A DNA stretch of 64,000 nt from Leucoraja ocellata (taxonomy: Eukaryota), in assembly GCA_036785375.1 (NCBI GenBank), contig JAWMAR010000137.1, forward strand, positions 1,736,001-1,800,000, in the 5' to 3' direction. Every line of letters begins with the position of its first letter. Within the stretch, counting starts at the first letter, position 1. Made by a program: the position numbers and the translations under genes. Below are positions 1-11,228 of the stretch, piece after piece. The notes under the pieces were generated by a model, which saw only the letters and a list, made by a program, of their open reading frames with translations, made no database searches and had not been told where the DNA came from.

Positions 1-609
1 CACAGTGCCGGCCACCAAACTCAATTTCACAGCATTTCAAGCCGAGTGTAGGCCACCAAATTCAATTTCACAGCATTTCAAGCAGAGTGCAGGCTACCAA
101 ATGCAATTTCACAGCATTTCAAGCAGAGTGCAGGCCACCAAATTCAATTTCACAGCATTTCAAGCAGAGTGCAGGCCACCTAATTGCCAAACAACTCATT
201 GCATTGTCATTAAGGGCTAACAAATCATTTATTGCAAGTACAATGCAGACTCGCAGTTCAGTTGATTCACAGCTTAGAATCACAGCTGTGGACTCTCCCT
301 CGCGATCTTCCAGAGTGACCGACTCACGTCCAGGCATCTGGGATTTTATAGTCCTGCCCCCCCGGAAGGGGCATAACCTTAATCGTGGTGATTGACAGGC
401 GAGAGGACCAATCAGCTGATCTCAAGATTTTTTAAACAATCATAACTTTTTAATTTTTCGTAGATTGGAAAAATCCTCAGGACTGCCTCAGTGGAGGAGG
501 ACTGTGAGTTAGATGGTCAAAATCATAGCGATAAATGGTAGCGTTTTTTCTAAAATCAATATACAGCGCAGTTAGGAAGTGGTCAAGATGAGACTTTTAG
601 TTCTATAGA
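1..609 (-). mobile_element. Non-autonomous Helitron, copy 1 (5' part; continues left of the window)
   Basis: Minus strand starts A|TCTATAGAACTAAAAGTCTC at 609. Bases ~185-609 align along their length with ~62425-62904, where the full element with a 3' hairpin and CTAA end is visible. Confidence 0.75.
10..180. repeat. 41-bp minisatellite inside the Helitron (4+ units)
   Basis: GGCCACCAAATTCAATTTCACAGCATTTCAAGCAGAGTGCA-type unit starts at 10, 51, 92, 133 and 174. Confidence 0.95.
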
Positions 610-913
610 TAGATACCACAATCATTGGAGTTGCATTAATCCAGGCGGGTGAAGAGAATTTCTAACATTCCTTGTAAATGGTGGAAAGGTTTAGGGAGAG
701 AACAAAGTTGCCAGAGGACCCAACCTCTGGCATATTCATTGTGGGCAGAAAGGCCCCGTTCCAATGCTGCACTGTTTTATATTCTTAAAGTTGCAGTGTT
801 TAGGTTATTGGTCCATTTAGGTTTCTTGTAATCAGTTACCCTGGGTGCTAATGACAAGGGATTTTATAATGCCACTCTACAAGAATGTGAACAAAAGTTT
901 GTCTAAATCACTC

Positions 914-1234
914 TTTAGTTTAGTTTAGTTTAGAGATACAGCGCAGAAACAGACCCTTCGTCCCACCAAGTTCATACAGACCAGCGATCCCTGCACAATA
1001 ACACAATCATACACACACTAGGGACAATTTACTTTTATACCAAGACAATTTACCTACATACCTGTACGTCTTTGGAGTGTGGGAGGAAACCGAAGATCTC
1101 GGAGAAAACCCATGCAGGTCACGGGGAGAAGTACAAACTCCGTATAGACAACACCGCAGTCGGGATCGAACCTGGGTCTCTGGCGCTGCAAGCACTATAA
1201 GGCAGCAACTCTACTGCTTCACCACCATGCCGCT
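914..1234 (-). mobile_element. HE1-type tRNA-derived V-SINE, full length
   Basis: tRNA-like head with B box (GGTTCGATCC), V-domain core, CR1-like 3' end and (CTAAA)n tail. Confidence 0.85.
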
Positions 1235-2769
1235 CTCACTGTTGTTGGAGATGGTCATTACCTGACATTTTTAGAACATGAATGCAGCTTGACATTTATC
1301 ACTCCATGTCTAAATGTTAATCATCTGCCCTGCACGGTGGTATGAATTGCTTCATTATCTGACAAGCAGTGGACGGGACTAAACACCTTCAATTCGCCAC
1401 ATTAATGGATGCGCTCAGGCCAACACCCGAGGATCACCTATGGCGATGACTTGTGGCTGAGATGAGTGGCCTCCAACAACCACTTCAAACTTCCTCGTTT
1501 AATTCCAACCCGGGTAGAGTTTGTCCCAAGAGGTATAAGCGTTGTAAGGGAGTGATTGCGACACATGTTGTAAACCATATGACTGATTTGATCCGTATTA
1601 TTATGGCGTAGAAGTGGGTTTATTGAGTTTATTTTTCATACCTCAAAGTGACTATTTGCAAACAGAAGACGCACTGCTCTGCCATCCCCTTTAACTTTGA
1701 GGTCAAATTTTATTTGAGACCTTTCCTGTGAAGTGATTTGGGAAGTTTTAAAACCAATTCGATCACACTGCTGGGTTTTGGATCAAAACAACGGCAACTC
1801 CTTAGCACTTTAGTTGCTGAACCTGGAAGACGGCAAATCAATAACATCACTCGCAAAACTGACTTCTTAGGATGTTGCTTCAGCCAGCAAGAACAGTTCC
1901 TAGAGATAAGCAACGACAAAGGCGAAGGCATTTGCGCTTCTAATCCTCTCGCTGTGTGCTGTAGATTTATTTGACTGGCACCCTGTTTGAGAACAACAGA
2001 ATGCAAGGAGGAGGAGGTTAAGAAAGGAAACATGAAAAGTCTGACACATGGATTATTCATCCTTCAGCCTTTATCGATTACTGCCCCGTCCAACACTGAC
2101 TGTCCATCAATGGCAATCTACCAGTAAGGTAAGCCGGCAGTAAACATTTGCCTGTGGCTACAGATACATTGCTGCTGAGCTCCACTTTTAACGAGATCTC
2201 ACTCACTCTGGCTTCATCTGATTCTCCACCGCAACACGTTACCTGGATTACACCGAGATGCTTGAAGCTGCCGGGGATCCTAAGCCTGAGTGAAGGGCTT
2301 ATTCCAACACATGCGCTGCCTGTGATTGATTGAGGAGGCAGCGACTGTTGGCAAGAGCATCCCCAATGTTCTCAGAAGCTGCAGGCCATATGGTGCCTCA
2401 TTCTAAGGCCGCGGGGCACCAGTTTTCACCTTCAGCGCCGGGTGAAATCAATGGGGGAGAAATTCGACAGGTTCTACAACATATGGCCCACCCTTGCTGC
2501 CAGATTTCTGCCCAGATGGTGAAGATGAAAGTTAGACTGCGTGTCTCACATGTTACAACTGCTCAGGCCTGTGACCATTTCAAATAAATTAGACTACTGG
2601 CATTAAAAATAACACAAGTTTGGAAAGGATTTGTGCACTGTATCATTGTATTTCCCACTTAACTTTATCTGCAATTAATCCTGGAATACTTCCATATTAC
2701 CAGCTTTCTGATCAAGCGTTTGCTCACCCGAGCTATTCTCCTCGTATGGCTCAGTGTCATCTTCCGTTT

Positions 2770-2925
2770 AGGAGATTGCATCCTTCCGCTGGGAGATTGC
2801 AACCTTCACGTTGTCCACCCTGTTTCGACTAATGCAATCAACCAACGTGCGCAAACAATTAGATCAAATAGAACAAGTTGACCTAAAACTTTAGGCTGCG
2901 CACGCCGTACAAAAGAAGAAGAAGA
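2770..2925 (+). mobile_element. ~155-bp SINE-like retroposon with HDV-like ribozyme head and (GAA)n tail, copy 1
   Basis: 11-bp TSD ATCTTCCGTTT (2759-2769 / 2926-2936); homologous to 57536-57689; 5' end carries a short stuttered duplication. Confidence 0.85.
2786..2839 (+). ncRNA. HDV-like ribozyme fold, 5' P1 strand damaged
   Basis: P2 GATTGCA (2795-2801) / TGCAATC (2833-2839); P3 ACC/TGT (1 mismatch); L3 TTCACGT; P1' CCACCCT; J4/2 ACTAA. Confidence 0.6.
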
Positions 2926-2967
2926 ATCTTCCGTTTGACAACATTCCAGTGAAGGCCCTTAGGATGC

Positions 2968-3103
2968 TTGATTAGTATGGGTGAGAGAGGTTATGGTGAG
3001 AAGGCAGGAGAATGGGGTTAGGAGGGAGAGATTGATCAGCCATGATTGAATGGCAGAGTAGACTTGATGGCCTAATTCTACTCCTATACCTTATGACCTT
3101 ATG
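2968..3103 (+). mobile_element. CR1/HER1 LINE 3' end
   Basis: Encodes an RGYGEKAGEW-type C-terminus; 3'UTR and (CCTTATGA)-type tail as in other copies. Confidence 0.8.
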
Positions 3104-3538
3104 CTTCACCATGTCAAAGGTGCAATTTATTAGTTGCTGAATTCTAGGCATCACTAGAAAAAAATATTCCCCGATATCAGTTTTAAAAGACAAATTCCAC
3201 GCAGCCAACATCTGATTCCAATCTGAGATCACATTCTTAAACAACTTCCTTACGAGTTGTGATATAATTAAAGTGACAACTATTACAACCATGTTCATTT
3301 TCGGCGCAGACACCCGTCTTAAATTTGTCCTTCAAAACCTTGAACTTGTGACATAGATTTATAAAGTCTTGTTTTGGGATTTATACTTCTACCATAAAAC
3401 ATCTTTCTTTCCTTTATGACCTCTTCCCCAAGATAAATGTCGAGAATATAAAGAACATAGCTCATATAGCTAACACTGTTCTCATATTCTCTGCAAATCT
3501 TCTCCATCCCCACCCCCCAATTCCCTATAGACGTTACC

Positions 3539-3833
3539 TTTAGAGATACAGTGCGAAATCAGGCCATTCGTCTCACTGAGTTTGCGTTGACCAGCGTTCA
3601 CCTAGTACACTAACCTGCACAGCAGGGACAATTTTTACAACTTACCAAAGCAAATGAACCTACAAACCTGTACGTCTTTTGAGTGTGGGAGGAAGCAGGA
3701 GCACCTGGAGAAAACCCACGTGGTCACAGGGGGGGAATGTACAAACTCCATAGAGCTATGATAGAGCCAGGATTGAACCCGGGTCTCTGGCGCCGTATGG
3801 CAGCAACTCTACCGTTGCGCCACTGTGCTGCCT
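3539..3833 (-). mobile_element. HE1-type V-SINE
   Basis: Aligns with 914-1234. Confidence 0.8.
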
Positions 3834-4049
3834 ATTTGGTGTCCGTCAATCTCAGTACAGAATGAACTAAGTGACTGAGGACCTGCAACACTAAGATTTT
3901 CCACCACAGATCTACCCTTGTGCTAAAATCAGTGTGAGCCCATATTACATACAGGAACAGATAATCTCGATATTAATAATGGCCAGAATGGAACTCAGCG
4001 TCAAAAGCAGAACTAAGAAAAGCTTAACTAACCACTCATGACCACAGCA

Positions 4050-4225
4050 TCATATCCCTCTCCTTTCCTGCACCCATTACTCTCCCCCACCTTCCCCATT
4101 CCTGAGACTAACTTGCTTCCCTCTTTTTCAATCCTGATGAAGGGTCTTTGACCTGAAACATTAACTAGTTTCTCTCTCCACAAATGTTGCCTGGTTTGCT
4201 GAATATTTCCAGCATTTCTTTTGTT
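4050..4225 (+). mobile_element. Penelope-like terminal repeat (pLTR), diverged
   Basis: CTGATGAAGGGTCTTTGACCTGAAAC motif followed by the family 3' sequence. Confidence 0.65.
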
Positions 4226-4519
4226 TTCTATGCTCAGGGTCCAGTCACTGTCTGTGGGATAGGGAAGGCTCCATAATTGGCCTCAATTAGAAATTATCCC
4301 CTTAATAGGGTTTGTAAGGGATGTGTTGGGGATTTTGGAGGGGGAGGGGGAGGGGGAAACTATCGGGGGTTCAGACATGACCAGTTGGTGGTGAGAAGGA
4401 TGGGGCGGAGGGGGTCAGGTGGGTACAGGTGGAGTCATGCGGAGGCAGTGAGAAGAGGAAGAAGGGTAGGATCTGGTGATAGGATCTGTCAGAATGAGGT
4501 GCCAGCCTGCTGAGTCTTG

Positions 4520-5215
4520 CAACAAAAATTGATTGGAGCAGATAGCCAGGGTTAAATAAAGACTGGGTCAGTGGAATCAGCACTCCCTCTCAACAACCGG
4601 TAAAAACGTGATCATCAGGTGTGAGGCCCTCTCGGGGCTGCTGTACTTGACGGGAGGTTCATTCCTTCACCTGGTCAGTCTTGCAGCTCATCTACGGATC
4701 AAAGATGGAGCAGGTTTGATCGATCGTGATCCACAGACAGTGGGGCCAAAAGCTTTTGCCCTCTTTGTCTGTAGACTTGTGCATCGTGATCTGACGTTGC
4801 CAACAATGCCGTTCATACCAAAGGCCTTCATGTATGGCTGCATGAAGCTGTGTGTAGGTCATAAGGTCATGTGATAGAAGTAGAATTAGGCTATTCGGCC
4901 CATCAAGTCTACTCCGCCATTCAATCATGGCTGATCTATCTCTCCCTCCTAACCCCGTTCTCCTGCCTTCTCCCTATTACCTCTGACACCTGTACTAATC
5001 AAGAATTAACTATCTCTGCCTTAAAAATATCTACTGACTTGTCCTCCACAGCCTTCTTTTGAAAAGTACGTGGGCACCAAGTGTCACCATATGCTGAGGT
5101 TCCATCCGTACCTGGTATTGCAAAGGGTGGACCTGACACTAATTCTGTGCAATGTGCCAGTAGGCTGGACATTGCTGCACTACCAATCCTTCATGGAAAA
5201 GTTCTTCCAGATCAA
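4520..5215 (+). pseudogene. Degenerate Tx1-like (L1 clade) ORF2 fragment, split by a CR1 tail
   Basis: Translations IRCEALSGLLYL, AFMYGCMKLCV and GTKCHHMLRF...SFMEKFF resemble the post-RT region of Tx1-type LINEs (recalled, not searched). A second SGLLYLVQGW piece lies near 5700-5740. Confidence 0.5.
4855..5058 (-). mobile_element. CR1/HER1 LINE 3' fragment
   Basis: Reverse-complement homologue of 45095-45290 and 14745-14940. Confidence 0.85.
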
Positions 5216-5607
5216 CACCTTTGAACAACACCTGAGGGAGAGACCACTACACCAAAACAGGTTTGCTCAGAGGTACATACCTTGTCAATGATGCTAAATA
5301 TTAAGTAATTTATACTCTGTCTCTGAAATTCCACTGACATCAATAGAAAGAATTTCAGTGGGAAGGTACAACATTCTGACGTTATTAAATTTACCAATCA
5401 GGTATGAAATCTTAGGTTTGGATTGTCAGCTTGTTGCTGTTTGTAGGGCCGTGCTATGCACAAGTCGGCCTACCTCACATGTGGGGGCTGAGGAGGCAAG
5501 GGATGGTGCATTTGCAGGTCGATGTGTCCGTGGGATGGGCCTTTGGAGGCCCTACAGGAGTGGAGAATCCCGTGGATCACACACTGCTGGAGGGCCCCAC
5601 AGAGGTG

Positions 5608-5698
5608 GGAACTCTGTACAGACGATACCCATAGTCAGGGTCAAACCCGGTTCTCTGGCGCTGTAAGACAGCAACTCTATCGCTGCGCCACCGTGCTC
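5608..5698 (-). mobile_element. HE1-type SINE, 5' tRNA-like part only
   Basis: Matches the head of the full-length copies. Confidence 0.7.
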
Positions 5699-5873
5699 TC
5701 GGGCCTGCTGTACTTAGTACAGGGATGGCTCGTTCCCTTCCCGGTCCATCACATGAGCAGTATTCCAGCTAATGGATTGGGTGGGGCCTGCAGTGGGCCA
5801 GAGAAGCAGAACAGTGGTGGAGGATGCCAACATCATCACCAGGCCTGGAACACTGACCCAGTACCACCACCAG

Positions 5874-5953
5874 GACAATAGACAATAGACAATAGATGCA
5901 GGAGTAGGCCATTCAGCCCTTCGAGCCAGCACTGCCATTCAATGTGATCATGG
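5874..5953 (-). mobile_element. CR1 3' tip with (TATTGTC)n tail
   Basis: GACAATA x3 followed by the CR1 3'UTR hairpin region. Confidence 0.75.
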
Positions 5954-5991
5954 ACCTTAAGATAACACTTTACATTTTTAACAACGTTTTG

Positions 5992-6194
5992 AAATTGACG
6001 AATACAAGATGGCGTCAGAAACGTGACAAGCCGGTGTATTGCCTCAGTGAAATCTACTATTCTTACATTACAATCAATGCAGTCTTGTACTTGGGTATGA
6101 TTGTGCTCATGTGTAATAAGATTTTACTGAATTGTGTGCAAAACTAAAATTTTACTGTATCTAGTTACGTGTGGCAAAAAAAGTACCATTGAAT
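5992..6194 (+). mobile_element. Short non-coding retroposon piece with Rex/Babar-like tail
   Basis: Colinear similarity to 58790-58985; the tail resembles that of the Rex-like LINE at ~18270-18315. Confidence 0.5.
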
Positions 6195-7037
6195 TATTTC
6201 GAACCATGACTACACATTAGCTGGGATACACCTTGCAATGTTATCAGCTTGTGAAATGTGTTATGTAAATGCAAGCTTATCCTTCTGCAGGAAGAAGCTA
6301 TTCAAATTTAAAACACGGGCACATCGGAGAGTGAAACAAAAACGCATTCACAGACGAGCGATCAAAGTCACCTTCATGGATGGATACATTTCATGCCTTA
6401 TTGTTTCCTGCTCAATATTCTCATTAAAGTGCCCAATTCATCTAAGCAAAATGCTATGAAAAGAAATATTGAATAAACTATACAAATATTGTAACACAGG
6501 GCAACCAGCCTTGACCTTGTACACTGTAGTGAATAGCCCACGAGAATTCATTTATATACAATAGACAGATACTATTTAATACTCTATACAAGTCAATATT
6601 GACCTGAATGGACTAAATTGGGATTTTTTTTTTTTTGCTGCAATGGAATTAGGGTTGAACTCTATCATAGCATCATCACAAACATAATGGACTGGATGGC
6701 TTCCTCCTTGGCTCCAAAGCTTTTGAAAGAGCGAAAGATTATTTTACTTTGCATAGTGTTTAGCAATTGCTACAACCCTTTTACAGTTGTCACTGACTGC
6801 AAAGCCCATTCTCAGGAGACTTGTCAAGGTTCCCCGATGACACTGAAGTTGCTTAAGCTAACACATGAGCACGTGAAAATAAACAGCTCATTCTCCCAGG
6901 ATTTTGAGTCCTTGAACCACTGTTTCCAATCATTGTCAGTGTGGGATTAATAACAACATTTCATTGCTCATTCCTCGTCATCCTGGGAAGATTTTTTCAG
7001 GCCACTCATTCTTGAACCACAGCAGGCCTTTTAAGGT

Positions 7038-7426
7038 AGACTCAAAATGCTGGAGTAACTCAGCGTGTGAGGCAGCATCTCTGGAGAGAAGGAATGGGCG
7101 ACGTTTTGGGTCGAGAACTTTTTTCAGACTGATGTCAGGGGAGAGGGCCAGACAAAGATGGAATGTAGTCTGAGATAATAAGACTAGTGGGAGAACTGGG
7201 AGGGGTAAGGGGATGGAGAGAGAAAGCAATGGCTGTCTGAAGTTAGAAAAAGTCAATGTTCATACCACTGGGGTGTACACTACCCAAGCGAAATATGAGG
7301 TGCTGTTCCTCCAATTTGCGTTGGGCCTCACTCTGACAATTTAGGAGGCCCAGGACAGAAAGGTCAGATTGGGAATGGGAGGGGGAGTTGAAGTACTGAG
7401 CCACTGGGAGTTCAAGTAGGTTAAGT
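7038..7426 (-). mobile_element. 5'-truncated Penelope-like element (GIY-YIG C-terminus plus pLTR)
   Basis: 11-bp TSD CCTTTTAAGGT (7027-7037 / 7427-7437); encodes KLEEQHLIFRLG; homologous to 34330-34720. Confidence 0.85.
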
Positions 7427-7647
7427 CCTTTTAAGGTGCTGCTTCCCTAATGGTGTTCAATGCAACAATGCTCGATTTTAACATAGTAACAGGCAATATC
7501 AATACCGAAAAGTGCTCCGAGAATCTTTGCTGACAGATGTAGTAAGTAGTAAGGAAGGTGCTATTGAAATAAGTTCAATAAATTCCGTCAAAGAATCCTG
7601 CAAATTAATCACTTCATGAGTATGGATGACAAAGGGTTGGATGTTAT

Positions 7648-7747
7648 TTAAAGGTAGACAAAAATGCTGGAGAAACTTTGCGGGTGAGGCAGCATCTATG
7701 GAACAAAGGAAATAGGCGATGTTTCGGGTTGAGACCCTTCTTCAGAT
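7648..7747 (-). mobile_element. Penelope-like pLTR fragment
   Basis: Reverse-complement homologue of 34622-34720. Confidence 0.85.
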
Positions 7748-8259
7748 TTAACTGAAAGTACCATTGAATTATTTCGAACCATGACTACACATTAGCTGGG
7801 ATGTTATAAAAAGTTCTGTTTAAACTTAATTTTAAACCACTTCTGATCATTGCATCTTTGAGGGAATATAACATTTGTTGGAACTAGAATTATTAACCAA
7901 AAGGTTAAGATTGCTTGATGGAGACACGAGAAACTGTAGATGCTGCAATCTTAAGCAAAACACATGTGGCCCATGTGCTAACTCGCAAGTCCCGTCCAAC
8001 CGTAGATTTGATGACCTACACTGGCTCCCAAATAAGTCTTGATTTTAAAGTTCTCACTCATGTTTTTAAATTCCTCAAATTTCCTTATCCTTGTCAATCT
8101 CTTCATCCATAGAACTTGTACTCATCTAATGTCCTCCTTTTGACCATCCTGAAAGGTAATTTGTCCATTACTGGCAGCCTTCCATTCAGCTGGAAAGGTC
8201 CTAAGTTCCGGAATTCCATCCCTAAACCTCTCCACCTTCATCCTTTAGAATGCTCTGTG

Positions 8260-9058
8260 ATAGAAACATAGAAACATAGAAATTAGGTGCAGGAGTAGGC
8301 CATTCGGCCCTTCGAGCCTGCACCGCCATTCAATATGATCATGGCTGATCATCCAACTCAGTATCCTGTACCTGCCTTCTCTCCATACCCCCTGATCCCC
8401 TTAGCCACAAGGGCCACATCTAACTCCCTCTTAAATATAGCCAATGAACTGGCCTCAACTACCCTCTGTGGCAGAGAGTTCCAGAGATTCACCACTCTCT
8501 GTGTGAAAAAAGTTCTTCTCATCTCGGTTTTAAAGGATTTCCTCCTTATCCTTAAGCTGTGACCCCTTGTCCTGGACTTCCCTAACATCGGGAACAATCT
8601 TCCTGCATCTAGCCTGTCCAACCCCTTAAGAGTTTTGTAAGTTTCTATAAGACCCCCTCTCAATCTCCTAAATTCTAGAGAGTATAAACCAAGTCTTTCC
8701 AGTCTTTCTTCATAAGACAGTCCTGACATCCCAGGAATCAGTCTGGTGAACCTTCTCTGCACTCCCTCTGTGGCAATAATGTCCTTCCTCAGATTTGGAG
8801 ACCAAAACTGTACGCAATACTCCAGGTGTGGTCTCACCAAGACCCTGTACAACTGCAGTAGAACCTCCCTGTTCCTATACTCAAATCCTTTTGCAATGAA
8901 ATCTAACATACCATTCGCTTTCTTTACTGCCTGCTGCACCTGCATGCCTACCTTCAATGACTGGTGTACCATGACACCCAGGTCTCGCTGCATCTCCCCC
9001 TTTCCCAATCGGCCACCATTTAGATAATAGTCTGCTTTCCCGTTTTTGCCACCAAAAT
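8260..9058 (-). mobile_element. Young 5'-truncated CR1/HER1 LINE; ORF2 C-terminus still open (8358-9058)
   Basis: RDLGV...KKANGML...LYRVLVRPHLEYCVQFWSP...TRGHSL...LWNSLP motifs; (TTTCTATG)n tail. Confidence 0.95.
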
Positions 9059-9179
9059 CATCCATAGTAATACCGTACAGTGATCATCTATAATAATACC
9101 GTATAACTTAGGGTCTAACTTTTGTTTGATAATACTTCAATGAAGACTCTCAGGACATGAAATTACAATGATGGTGCTG

Positions 9180-10105
9180 TGGAGCTACAGTTATACAGCA
9201 CCAAAGCCGATCCTTCGGCCCATCTTGTCCATGCCAACCAAGATGCCCTATATACACTGGTCCCATTTGTCCATGCTTTACCTCAATTGCTCTAAACCCT
9301 TCCTATCCATGTAACGTCCAAGTGTCTTTTAAATGTTGTTATTGTACCTACCTCAATCACTTGCTCTAGCAACTCGTTCCATACACGGAACATCCTCTGT
9401 GTGATTAGATTGCCCCTTAGGTTCCTATTAAATCTTTTCCCTATCACTTTAAAATTATGCCCTCTAGTTTGTCATATCCCAACCGTGGATAAAAGGCTGT
9501 TTGCATTCACCCTATCTATGCTCCTCATGGTTTATATACCTCTATAAAATCACCCCTTAGTCTCCTACGGTCCATGAAATAAAATCCTAGCTTTTACAAC
9601 CTTTTTGAGAACTCTGTCCCTCAAGTTGTGGAAACCTCGTAAATCTTTTCTGCATTATTTCCAGTTCATTGGTATCTTTCTTATAGCTAAATGACTAAAG
9701 CTGAACACAATATGCCAAGTACAGCCTCACAATGTCCTTACCGTCTCCTTTACCACCCTGTGCACTTGTGACGCCACTTTTAGGGAATGATGTACTTGTA
9801 CAAGTACATTTATGTTCCTCTGTTCTTTAACACACCCGAGGGCCCTGCCATTCACTGTGAAGGTCCTGCCCTGGTTCGACTTCCCAAAACGCAACACCCC
9901 GCACCTGTCAGAATTAAACTCCATTCCTTGGCCCACCTCCTGTGCTGATCAAGATATGGCTACAATTCCTCATAATCTTCCTTGCTGTCTACAATGCCAC
10001 CTATTTTAATGTAATCGGCAAACTTACAAACCATGGCTTGTACATTCTCATCTAAATCGTTGATATAAATGACAACACCAAGGCCCCAGCACCGACTCCC
10101 GAGGC
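9180..10105 (-). mobile_element. Older CR1 LINE fragment (RT C-terminus and 3'UTR)
   Basis: Degenerate MEFNSDRCGVLRFGKSN...HHSLKVASQV translation and CR1 3'UTR. Confidence 0.8.
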
Positions 10106-11228
10106 ACACAACTAGGCGTTGTGAGTATCATATTCAAAGCTTGAGACTTTCCTCAACAAGCAGCTTGGCAGGGACGGGAGCAGTGGGAGGAGACGGGGAA
10201 ATCTATACATTTTTATTAGGCAAGGGTATTAGGGTAATAGAAGTAAGATGGAGAGATTGAGTTTAGATACAGTTCACCGATGATTTAATTAAACAAAGGA
10301 CAAGACTCGGGAGGCTGACTTACTGCTCCCTATGAGACAACTGACGGAGACATGCAGCTAAGCCAGTTAAACTCGCAAACAATAACCCACAAACACTCTT
10401 TCACTTGATCCAAGGTTGCAGCGGAGGAATGGGCAGGAAAGGGGCTGGTTTATTTGTTGTCAGAGAATCACCATGAACTAAAACGGCTACAAATCCCATT
10501 GTGCATACAAATTTAACCTGCAGTGGAATTTATGGCAGTCTCTTGTGATGTGACCTCCACTATAAACTCTCTTTATTGCTCCACTGATCAATAACCTGCT
10601 ATATAGTCTGCTACTGCCTTAATGCCGAGTCAGTACCCTTATAATTCGGTGCAAATGTCAGAAAGAAGGTGCACGTGCACACCAGCATTTCTTGAACACA
10701 ACAGCACAATTCCTCCCCTCAATAGGTAAAATCACATCTTAATCTTAGTGAAGATTTATGTTGATCCAAGCACTACCGTTCGCCTAAACAAAACAATGGT
10801 GCTGGTTATTTTGCCACAATTAAATATCGTCTGTAAAGATGTTCTGCAGTCAAGAATAGGTATGTCACAGCAAGAGTTGATGTTACATCTGTTTCCCTGT
10901 AAGTTTCTCCAAATGTTACTCTTTGCTTGTGGTTGCGAATGCCCTCTGTACCACAAGAAAACAGGAGTGGAGCAGGAAGAGGATAGAGATGTCTAATTAT
11001 TTCAGGCACAGACAGAGTTGAACATCAATGCTCTTAACTGAGTCGTAGAGAGTTATGGAGTTGTACAGCAGGAAAACAGGTCCTTTGGCTCAATTCATTC
11101 ATGCCGCCCAAGGTACCCATCCAAGCTGGTCCCATTTGCCCACAGAAATGCTAATGGAAATAAAAAGTATTACTTTTATGTCAAGAGTCAAGAGTGTTTT
11201 ATTGTCATGTGTCCCAGAACAATGAAAT

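Noticed and set aside
10-180. CRISPR-like regular repeats
   Set aside because: Head-to-tail units with no unique spacers, no cas genes and a vertebrate-type context; this is a minisatellite.
1710-2060. 116-aa minus ORF with acceptor-like sites nearby
   Set aside because: No recognisable protein similarity and no consistent exon chain; a non-coding exon cannot be excluded without RNA data.
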